64,000 bases of DNA from an uncultured Acidobacteriota bacterium (GTDB taxonomy: Bacteria > Acidobacteriota > Thermoanaerobaculia > Multivoradales > UBA5704). Below are positions 35,838-48,963 of this stretch, in pieces (the stretch's first letter is position 1; every line of letters begins with the position of its first letter). The stretch spans positions 89,627 through 153,626 of the forward strand of contig CAVXIV010000003.1 in the NCBI GenBank assembly GCA_963761805.1. Reading direction: 5' to 3'. Made by a program: the position numbers and the translations under genes. The notes beneath the pieces were generated by a model. It made no database searches, was not told where the DNA came from, and saw only the letters and a program-made list of their open reading frames with translations.

Positions 35838-37460
35838 CCAACCAGGAAGGGCGGGAGTGGTTCCCGACCCTTTCGCCGGACGGAGACTTCTTCGCCTACG
35901 CCAAGGCCTCTCCCCGGGGAGATCTCGACATCTACCTCCAGAGGATCGGCGGCGGCAATCCCATCGACTCTCACGGTGGACTCCCCCGTGAATGACACCC
36001 ACCCGGCCTTCTCTCCGGACGGCCAGCGGATCGCTTTCCGCTCGGAGCGGGACGGCGGCGGCGATCTTCGTGATGGGCGCCACGGGCGAGTCGGTGCGTC
36101 GCGTCACGAATTTCGGCTACAACCCCGCGTGGTCGCCGGACGGCAAGGAGATCCTGGTGGCGACCGAAGGCGTCAACGATCCGCGGGTCCGGAGCCGGAT
36201 GAGCCAGATATGGCGGGTGGAGGTGGATGCCTGGACAGCGGCGGCTCGTGATCGCGACCGACGCCGTCCAGCCGAGCTGGTCGCCACGAGAAGAAGCGGA
36301 TCGCCTACTGGGGAGTGCGGTCGGGAGGCGCCCGCCGGGGACCTTTGGACGGCCCGGCGGATGGGGCCGGAGCCGTGCGGGTGACGGACGACTGCTTCCT
36401 GAACTGGAACCCTGTCTGGTCTCTGGACGGCCGCTATCTCTACTACGCCAGCGACCGGGGCGGCAGCATGAATCTCTGGCGCGTCGCGATCGATGAGGAA
36501 TCGGGACGGTCCAGAGCGAGATCCGGAGCCGATCACGACCCCGTCCCAGTGGAGCGGGTTCCTGAGCCTCGCCGCGGACGGCCGCCGCATCCTTTTCGCG
36601 ACCCTCGAGGGCAGGTCGAACCTGGAACGGGTGGATCTGGACCCCGGCGGCCCCTCGGTCATGGGCCCTCTAACCCCGATAACCCAAGGTTCACGGGATG
36701 TCCGCTATGGCCGGGTCTCTCCGGATGGCCGCTGGATCGTATTCTCTTCCGGACCTCGCCGCAGGAGGACCTGTTCATCGTCGGCACTGACGGTTCCGGG
36801 CTTCGCCAGCTTACCGACGACGCCCCGCGCGACCGCAATCCTGGATGGTCTCCGGACGGCAGGAAAATTCTTTTCTATTCGGATCGCGGCGGCCGCTACG
36901 AGGCCTGGACGATCGGACCGGATGGCGGCGGTCTCCAGCGGATAGCCCCGGCCCGGAGCGAGCCGGTCTTCTTTCCGATCTGGTCGCCGGACGGCCGCTG
37001 GCTTGCGTGCGGTCTCGGGTTCACGGGGCCGGCCCTGATCGATCTCAACCGGCCGGCGGAAAAACAGATCCCCGAACGGCTTCCCAATCCGCCGCAGGGC
37101 GGCCCGTTCTTCGCCTATTCGTGGTCGCCGGACGGCAAGCGCCTGACCGGCGGTGTCCGCAACGCCGGCCTCTTCGTCCTTTCCCTGCAGTCACGCCGTT
37201 ATGAGCGCCTGATCGACCACGGATTCTTACCCATATGGCTCCCTGATGGCCGTCATCTGCTCTACCTTTACGAAGGAAAAATTCTCGCCCTCGACAGCCG
37301 GACGAGGATCTCGCGCGATCTGCTCACGCCCGCTCCAGGGACCTACTTCACCGGGTTCGACGTGTCACCAGACGGCCGCGCGCTTTATGCCATCCGCGCT
37401 AACGATCAGGGAGACATCGGAATGGACCACCCTGCCGTGAGCGAACCACGAGTGTGCTAA
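35809..37460 (+). pseudogene. TolB/PD40 beta-propeller sensor region of kinase copy 1, broken by about 8 frameshifts
   Basis: Pieces in three frames are colinear with the intact paralog 41356..44925: PLTNQEGREWFPTLSPDG, NDTHPAFSPDGQRIAFRSERDGGG, IFVMGATGESVRRVTNFGYNPAWSPDGKEI, DAVQPSWSP, NWNPVWSLDGRYLYYASDRGGSMNLWRV and so on. Shifts are seen near 35790, 35830, 35965, 36062, 36228, 36285, 36500 and 36745. Confidence 0.7.
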
Positions 37461-37516
37461 CCTAACTTTCTTCTGTATTACATCTCATTTTGATCGGGGT
37501 CTTTCCCCGGGAGGTG

Positions 37517-37795
37517 ATGATGAGCTTCAAGTCTCGAGACCTTACGGTGAAGCTGTCAGGTACGGGAGAGGGAGGCTGCGGCGGTTGTACGCCGACCAAT
37601 CCGGGTTGCGGGAGTTGCACGAACACCCATCCCGGCTGCGGCCACTGCACCGCCCTCACCGGAGGGATTTGCCCAACTGTACGGACACGTGCGACGACCC
37701 GATGCACCGAACAGACGACGCAAGCCTTGGACGGCGCCGGTCTCGCGCTGTTGCGCCAGCAACTCCAGGAAGCCCTGGGAGCGGAGTTGCGCTGA
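37517..37795 (+). CDS. 92-aa Cys/Thr-rich precursor-like peptide (P1)
   Basis: GGAGG is followed by ATGATG. The N-terminus is MMSFKSRDLTVKLS. The middle has three PGCGxCT-type units, with 8 Cys and 15 Thr in total. The C-terminal helix is LALLRQQLQEALGAELR. A paralog lies at 45014..45250. The gene sits 26 nt upstream of the lyase ORF. Confidence 0.7.
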   Translation: MMSFKSRDLTVKLSGTGEGGCGGCTPTNPGCGSCTNTHPGCGHCTALTGGICPTVRTRATTRCTEQTTQALDGAGLALLRQQLQEALGAELR

Positions 37796-37821
37796 AGAGG
37801 CGCTGTCCGGCGAGGTCGTAG

Positions 37822-38967
37822 ATGGCTGGATTTCTCTCCCGTGACTTCCGAGCGAATCCTCTCTACAACCTCGTCCTGTTCGACCGCCTGCCCGCCGGGC
37901 AGCGCGAGGCGCTGGCGGAGCTTGCCCGCGAGCCTGGTTTCTACGGCGTGCTGCGGCCTCGCGGTGAATCGGGCCTGGGCGTCCGGTCGGTGGACCGCGA
38001 TACGGCTCTCCTTTTCCTGACCCTGCGTGAGCCGGGGCCGCTTCCCGGCTACACGCGCGGCATGCTGGGCGAGGCCGCCGGGCGGACCGTCGCCCGTCTG
38101 GTGGCCGACGGTATCCTGGAAGTGGCGGACGGCGACGCCTTCGTCTCGGGCGCCGCGGCCCTCCGCCTGCTGGGCGAAGGGACCGTGGAGCTGGGAGGCG
38201 GGCGGATCGCCGAGCTGTCCCTCGCCGCCCTTCGCCATGCCCAGGCCCTGCCGGTGGACGACGTCTCGCTCCTCTCCTGGAGCCTCTACGCCTTCAACCG
38301 CCGTCCGCTGACGCCGTTCTGGCGCCGGACGCTGCCCTCGGCGGAGGCCGTCGAGAGCCATCTCGGGATCGATCCCGGCGGACGCAACCGGGAGCGGCTC
38401 GACCGGAGTTGGGGCCGCCTCCCCATGGAGGGATGGCTGAGCTGGGGGACCCGGGGCCGCGACCGGGCGCCGTCGTCCTGGGCGGGCTCCACCTACAAGC
38501 TCTACGTGAGCCCGGCGCCGGAGGCCCTCGCGGAGTCGTTCGGCGCGGTTCTCGACGCCTTGGCGGACGCGCGGGCCTACCAGTTCAAGATCGGACCGGA
38601 CGCTCCGGGCCTGCTGCGCCCCGACAAGATCGTCGCCTACTTCCACGGCTTCGATCCCCTGGCCAACGCCGCCGCGGCCGTGGAGAGACGCCTCGGCGGG
38701 GTGCCGGCCCAGGGCGTCCCGTTCACCTCCGAGATCGGCGGCGACGGGCTGATCTCGTGGGGCGTCGATCCTCCCCGGGGCGAAAGCGCGGGAGAGCGCG
38801 AGAGCTGGCGGCTCTGGCTGGCGCGCCGCTTGGCCCGGGCGATCCTCGACGCCCGGCGCTCGGACGGGGGGGGCGAGCCCTGGCGCTTCGCCGTGGAGCG
38901 CCTGCGCCTCGAAGGTGTGGACCCCGCCACCTGGACCCCGGGCGCCCTGCTCTGGCGGGAGGCCTGA
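37822..38967 (+). CDS. putative HopA1/OspF-like phospho-Ser/Thr lyase domain protein
   Basis: 381-aa ORF. Its C-terminal half has STYKLYVSP and RPDKIVAYFHGF segments, which I recognise as resembling lyase domains of class III/IV lanthipeptide synthetases. This is by eye and needs HMM confirmation. The ORF ends at a TGA that is in frame with the next ORF. Confidence 0.55.
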   Translation: MAGFLSRDFRANPLYNLVLFDRLPAGQREALAELAREPGFYGVLRPRGESGLGVRSVDRDTALLFLTLREPGPLPGYTRGMLGEAAGRTVARLVADGILEVADGDAFVSGAAALRLLGEGTVELGGGRIAELSLAALRHAQALPVDDVSLLSWSLYAFNRRPLTPFWRRTLPSAEAVESHLGIDPGGRNRERLDRSWGRLPMEGWLSWGTRGRDRAPSSWAGSTYKLYVSPAPEALAESFGAVLDALADARAYQFKIGPDAPGLLRPDKIVAYFHGFDPLANAAAAVERRLGGVPAQGVPFTSEIGGDGLISWGVDPPRGESAGERESWRLWLARRLARAILDARRSDGGGEPWRFAVERLRLEGVDPATWTPGALLWREA

Positions 38968-38973
38968 AGCCCC

Positions 38974-41334
38974 TTGGCCGTCACCGATCCCCTGCTGCTG
39001 CTGCCCGACGCGGTCCTGGTCCCGGTCGCGGACCTGCCGGAGGCGGTGCGCGGCCGCTTCGAGCACGAGGAGGGGGACTTCGCCCTCACCCATCCCCGCC
39101 TGCGCGCTCCGTCGCGCATCCTCGACGCTCCGTCCGCCGAGCTGCTGGAGCAGTTCCGCACGCCGCGCACCATCGTCGAGGCGGTGATCCGCTACAGCCA
39201 GGCCCGGCAGGCCGATCCCGAGGCCACCCTGGAGGCGGCCTATCCTCTCTTGGAGCGGCTCCTCGCCACCGGCTTCCTGGTCCCGGAGGGCGCCGCCGGG
39301 GCCGGGGGCATCCTCCCTCTGTTGCGGCCGGGAGAGACGCTGGGCGGCTTCGAGGTGCGGGAGTGCGTGCAGGAGCTGGAGGACACCGACCTCTATCAAG
39401 GCCGGGGACCGGAGGGGGCGGTGGCGCTGAAGGTGGCGCGGCCCAGGGAGGATTCCCCGGGCCCCGCTTTCGATTGGGAAGCCGCGGTCCTGCGGCATCT
39501 GGGCGGCGCGCCGGCCCCGCGTCTCCTGGCGGTGGGGGAGGCCGAGGGGCGGAGCTACCTGATCCTCGAATGGTGTTCCGGCGTGGAAGCCGGAAGCGCG
39601 GCCTGGGAGCATCGGCGGCGGGGTCCCGGCGGCCGGCGGGCTCTCCTGGCGCTCTGCCGCGAGGTCAGCGCGGCGTACGCCCGTCTCCACGAGAGCGGCG
39701 TGCTCCATGGCGACGTCCATCCCCGCAACGTTTTGGTGGGAGGGGATGGGAGCGTCCGTCTCGTGGACTTCGGCTACGCCCGTTGGGATGAAGCCCCCCG
39801 GGATCTCTCCCGCCCGGGACGCGCCGGCGTCGCCTTCTTCTTCGAGCCCGAGTATGCGGCGGCGGTGCTGGCCGGCCAGCCTCCGCCAGAGGTCTCGGTC
39901 TCCGGCGAGCAGTACGCCGTGGCGGCTCTCCTTTACTTCCTGGTGGCCGGGGCCCACTACCGCGACTTCCTCCTGGAGAGGGACGCGATGCTGCGGCAGA
40001 TCGCCGGGGAGCCGCCTCTCCCCTTCGCGGACCGTGGCGTCGAGCCCTGGCCCGAGGTCGAGGAGATCCTGGCGCGGGCGCTCGCCAAGGATCCGGATCG
40101 ACGGTATCCGTCTCTGGCCGCTTTCGAAGCGGCCTTCGCCGCCGTTCGGGAGCCGGACTCGCCTGTGGAGGCTGCGACCCGGACTCCCGCCGCCGACGAG
40201 CTCCTGGCGCGGGTGTTGGCGCGCCTGGAGCCGGGCGGCGATCTCTACGAAGGCGGCATCCCGGAGCCGCCCCGGGCGTCGATCAACTACGGCTCCTCCG
40301 GGGTAGCCTGCGCGCTCTACCGCCTCGCCCAGACGCGAGAGTCCCCGGCCCTGCTCTCCCTGGCGGAGCTCTGGGCGGCCCGCGCCGTGGCCTCCGGGGA
40401 CGCAGACGAGAACTTCTACAGCTCGGAGAAGGGGCTGGAGCCGGAGGACATCGGACGGGTCTCGCCCTACCATACCGCCACCGGGTTGTTCTGCGCGCAG
40501 GCGCTGATCGCGCATGCCCAAAACCTCCCGGGCGTGCAGCGCCAGGCGGTGAGCACCTTCCTCCGGGCCGCCCGCCAGCCGTGCGAGAACCTGGACCTGA
40601 CCCTGGGCTGCTCGGGGGTGCTCCTGGCGGCCGCTTTCCTGCTGGATATCGAGAGCGAGCCGGTCCTGGCATCGCTGGGGGAACTGGGGGACGATCTCCT
40701 CGCCGGACTCTGGAATGAGATCGATCCGCTCCCTCCCATCTCGGAGGATCGGGAGCGTCCGGTCCTTGGGATGGCGCACGGCTGGGCCGGTTATGTCTAC
40801 GCCTCGCTCCAGTGGTGCCGGGCCGCCGGCCGCCCTCTGCCTCCGCGGCTCCGCGAGAGGCTCGACGAGTTGGGGGCCTGCGCCCGGCCCTGGGGACGGG
40901 GCCTGCGCTGGCGCTGGCATGGGGGCGAGAGCCGCTGGGGTCTGGGCTCCATGCCGGGCTGGTGCAACGGCAGCGCCGGTTACGTCTTCCTCTGGACGCT
41001 GGCGCACCGGATGCTGGGCGATCCGGCCTACGCGGCCCTGGCGGAAGGAGCGGCCTGGAACGCCTGGGAGGAGCCCAGCCGCAACGCCAGCCTCTGCTGC
41101 GGCCTCGCCGGCCGCGCCTACGCCCTTCTCAACCTCCACAAGCACGGCGGCGGTCCGGACTGGCTGGCGCGCGCTCGCGACCTCGCCGAGCGGGCGGCCC
41201 GGGAGACCTCCCGGCCGTCCGATCCTCCGCACAGCCTCTACAAGGGGGAGCTGGGGGTGGCGGTCCTTACCGCCGACCTCGCCCGGCCGGAGGCTGCGGC
41301 GATGCCGTTCTTCGAAGAGGAGGGGTGGGGCTGA
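38974..41334 (+). CDS. Ser/Thr kinase domain fused to a LanC-like lanthionine cyclase domain (CCG zinc-site variant)
   Basis: Kinase motifs are AVALKVAR, HGDVHPRNVLV and LVDFGYA. LanC motifs are GMAHGWAGY, PGWCNGSAGY and SLCCGLAGRAY. The start is TTG at 38974. Confidence 0.8.
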   Translation: MAVTDPLLLLPDAVLVPVADLPEAVRGRFEHEEGDFALTHPRLRAPSRILDAPSAELLEQFRTPRTIVEAVIRYSQARQADPEATLEAAYPLLERLLATGFLVPEGAAGAGGILPLLRPGETLGGFEVRECVQELEDTDLYQGRGPEGAVALKVARPREDSPGPAFDWEAAVLRHLGGAPAPRLLAVGEAEGRSYLILEWCSGVEAGSAAWEHRRRGPGGRRALLALCREVSAAYARLHESGVLHGDVHPRNVLVGGDGSVRLVDFGYARWDEAPRDLSRPGRAGVAFFFEPEYAAAVLAGQPPPEVSVSGEQYAVAALLYFLVAGAHYRDFLLERDAMLRQIAGEPPLPFADRGVEPWPEVEEILARALAKDPDRRYPSLAAFEAAFAAVREPDSPVEAATRTPAADELLARVLARLEPGGDLYEGGIPEPPRASINYGSSGVACALYRLAQTRESPALLSLAELWAARAVASGDADENFYSSEKGLEPEDIGRVSPYHTATGLFCAQALIAHAQNLPGVQRQAVSTFLRAARQPCENLDLTLGCSGVLLAAAFLLDIESEPVLASLGELGDDLLAGLWNEIDPLPPISEDRERPVLGMAHGWAGYVYASLQWCRAAGRPLPPRLRERLDELGACARPWGRGLRWRWHGGESRWGLGSMPGWCNGSAGYVFLWTLAHRMLGDPAYAALAEGAAWNAWEEPSRNASLCCGLAGRAYALLNLHKHGGGPDWLARARDLAERAARETSRPSDPPHSLYKGELGVAVLTADLARPEAAAMPFFEEEGWG

Positions 41335-41355
41335 GGGGGGCGCGCGTGAGGGGAG

Positions 41356-44925
<3,570 letters not shown>

Positions 44926-45013
44926 AATCATGAATTCGTCCGCATCTGGTACAATTTAGCTCATCGTCCAAGGACATTTGAGATTCGATACCGGGGCTCC
45001 GCCCCAGGAGGCG

Positions 45014-45250
45014 ATGATGAGTTTTCAATCGAAGGACCTGATGATCGACCTTTCCCCCGTCGCCCGGCCCGGGTTCGAGATGTGCGGCCAGGCCACCCGT
45101 GACTCGCAGGAGGGGGGAGATCCGGACAACGAGCTGGAGTGCGGCCAGGCCACCCGCGGCGGCGACGGCGACCCTACCGAGAGCGCCAGTTTCCATATGG
45201 CGGCCCTGCGCCGGCAGCTCCGCGACACGCTGGCTCTCGAAGCGCGTTGA
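45014..45250 (+). CDS. 78-aa paralog of precursor-like peptide P1 (P2)
   Basis: The GGAGG-ATGATG start context is the same as for P1. The N-terminus is MMSFQSKDLMIDLS. The middle carries two CGQATR units. The C-terminal helix is AALRRQLRDTLALEAR. Confidence 0.6.
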   Translation: MMSFQSKDLMIDLSPVARPGFEMCGQATRDSQEGGDPDNELECGQATRGGDGDPTESASFHMAALRRQLRDTLALEAR

Positions 45251-45636
45251 AGACGAAGTTTTTTTTCCGCTTCTCTCTGGCCGCCCTCGCCGGGGCGGCC
45301 ACGGTCCTTTCCGCCTGGGCGGCCCCGCCGGAGCCGTCCGGGTTCAAGCTCAAGGGCGACGCCAAGCGCGGCAAGCCGCTCTACGCCAGAAGCTGCGCCC
45401 TGTGCCACGGCGCCACAGGCGACGGCCACGGCACGCTGCCCATCAAGCCTCCGCCGGCCGACCTCAGGGCTGTGACGCCCAAACGGAGCGACTGGGAGCT
45501 CTACGTGGTGATCCGCGACGGCGGTCCGGCCCTGGGCCTTTCCCCGCGCATGCTCGGCTGGTCCAAGACCCTGTCCGATCAGGACATCCGCGATACGGCG
45601 GCCTACATCCGCTCCATCCCGCCGGTCAAGAAATAG
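45247..45636 (+). CDS. c-type cytochrome (monoheme)
   Basis: The protein has a signal-like N-terminus (FRFSLAALAGAATVLSAWA) and a CxxCH motif (CALCHG). The only in-frame start after the previous stop is TTG 45247, which overlaps the P2 stop codon. Confidence 0.7.
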   Translation: MKTKFFFRFSLAALAGAATVLSAWAAPPEPSGFKLKGDAKRGKPLYARSCALCHGATGDGHGTLPIKPPPADLRAVTPKRSDWELYVVIRDGGPALGLSPRMLGWSKTLSDQDIRDTAAYIRSIPPVKK

Positions 45637-45645
45637 GGCGGGATC

Positions 45646-47102
<1,457 letters not shown>

Positions 47103-47115
<13 letters not shown>

Positions 47116-47768
47116 GCCGCCTCGCCGTCCTGGTCTTCCTCGCCGCCGCCGCGCTGTCGGTGAAGACCGCCATCGACCTGACCGGCGACCGGGCGATGTT
47201 TCCCTCCTGGTTCGTGCCGGCGTTCGTGGCGGGGCTGGCGGCGCTCGTCGCGTACGCGGCTTTCGTGACTCTGGGGATCTGGAGAGCGTGCGCGACGGCC
47301 CGGCTGGCGGAGAACGGGCTGGTCTGGGCGCTCCTGCCGCTGTCCTTCGTCTGCACGTCGGCGGTGCACCAGTTCTATCCGTTCCGTCCTTCCGTCATCC
47401 AGGTCTGGGGCGGGCTCGATCAGGTCCTGCGGCTCAACCTGACGCTGACGGGCGCCGGATTCCTGGCGGCGGTCTCCCTGGCGCTGCTCTACAGGTCCGG
47501 TCTGCGGGAGCGGGCGGTTCTGGGGCTGCTCATTCTCGACCTGCTGCTGCTTGTCCCCAACGACGCCTGCGCGAACCCGTTCAACACCTGGTGGATCGAC
47601 GCGGTCGGGGCCTCGCCGCTGATGTTCGTCCCGGTCCTCTACGCCAGCCTCTTCGGGATCGCGGCCCTGCTCGGGGTCCATCCGCGGTGGAACACGGCCG
47701 CCCTCGCCGCCGCCTGTCTAGGTGTCACGCTCCTGGGCCTGGGACACATGACGCGGGTGATCTGGTGA
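47103..47768 (+). CDS. integral membrane protein, function unknown
   Basis: ATG at 47103 overlaps the end of the transporter gene. The 221-aa product has about 6 hydrophobic helices. Confidence 0.6.
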
Positions 47769-47817
47769 GCCGTTACATGTACAATCTACAACGTAGTCGC
47801 CGTTCCAGCCCTGATGT

Positions 47818-48913
47818 ATGCATGAACGCGTAGTCATCGTCGATGACGAGCCCGCCATCCGCGGGCTTCTCCAGGCGTATCTCTCCGCGCTGCCTCTCGA
47901 CGTTCGGGCCGCCCGGGACGGCGCCGAGGCTCTCGCCCTCGCCGCCGAGCCGCCGCTGCCCGCGCTGGTGATCTCAGACATCGAGATGCCCGGCATCTCC
48001 GGCGTCGAGCTCCTGCAACGCCTCAAGGAGCTCGACGAGACCATCCAGGTCGTGATGGTCACCGGCGTCCAGCACATGGACACCGTGCGCGAATGCGTCC
48101 GCGCCGGGGCGTACGACTACATCCTCAAACCCTTCGAGGGCGAGGACCTCCTCGCCACCGTCGAGCGGGCGGTCGAACGGGCGCGGCTGATCCGCCAGAA
48201 CGAGGCCTACCAGCACCACCTGGAACGGATGGTGATGGAGAAGACCGAGGAGATCCGCCAGACCCGCGACATCGCCCTCCTCACCCTGGCCCGCCTCGCC
48301 GAGTCGCGCGACAACGCCACCGGCCAGCACCTGGAGCGCATGGCCGAGTACAGCCGCTGCCTCGCCGGGGCCGCCAGCCGCGAGTCCAAACTACGCATCG
48401 ACGACGGGTTCGTCGACCATCTTTACAAGTCGAGCCCCCTGCACGACATCGGCAAGGTGGGCATCCCGGACTCCATCCTCCTCAAGCCCGGCCCCCTCGC
48501 GCCCGCCGAGGAGGCGGTCATGCGCCGGCACCCCACGATCGGCGGCGACACGCTGCGCGGCGTCATCGAGCGGTTTCGAGGGACATAGCTTCCTGCGAAT
48601 GGGTATGGAAATTGCTTACTCCCACCACGAGCGTTGGGACGGCTCAGGATATCCGCACGGGCTCACAGGAGATCGCATCCCCCTGTCTGCCCGCATCGTG
48701 GCCCTTGCGGACGCCTACGACACGATCACCAGCCGTCGTCCCTACAAACTGGCGTTTGATCACGAAGAGGCGGTCCGCAGGATCGCGCGCGATCGCGGCA
48801 CGCACTTCGACCCGGTGCTGGTGGAGGTGTTCCTCCGCCGCCACCGGGATTTCGCTGAGATCCGGGGACGGCTCGCGGACCTCGCGGTGGCAGGCAGACC
48901 AGGCGGCGCCTGA
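47818..48913 (+). CDS. response regulator receiver plus HD-GYP c-di-GMP phosphodiesterase, with one apparent frameshift
   Basis: The REC domain has DDEP..SDIEMPG..KP. HD is in LHDIGKVGIP. The frame is lost near 48575 (IERF/GHSFLRMGMEIA), and the protein continues as HHERWDGSGYPHGL in ORF 48599..48913. Confidence 0.85.
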
Positions 48914-48963
48914 AGCTCCTGCTCTACCGCGGCGTCGCCGTACCCGGACCGGGAGGGACCGGG

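Noticed and set aside
38965-38967. In-frame TGA between the lyase and kinase-LanC ORFs as a selenocysteine codon
   Set aside because: I could not draw a convincing SECIS-like stem-loop in the 40 nt or so downstream. No selA/selB/selD context is visible. A linker position is also an implausible site for Sec.
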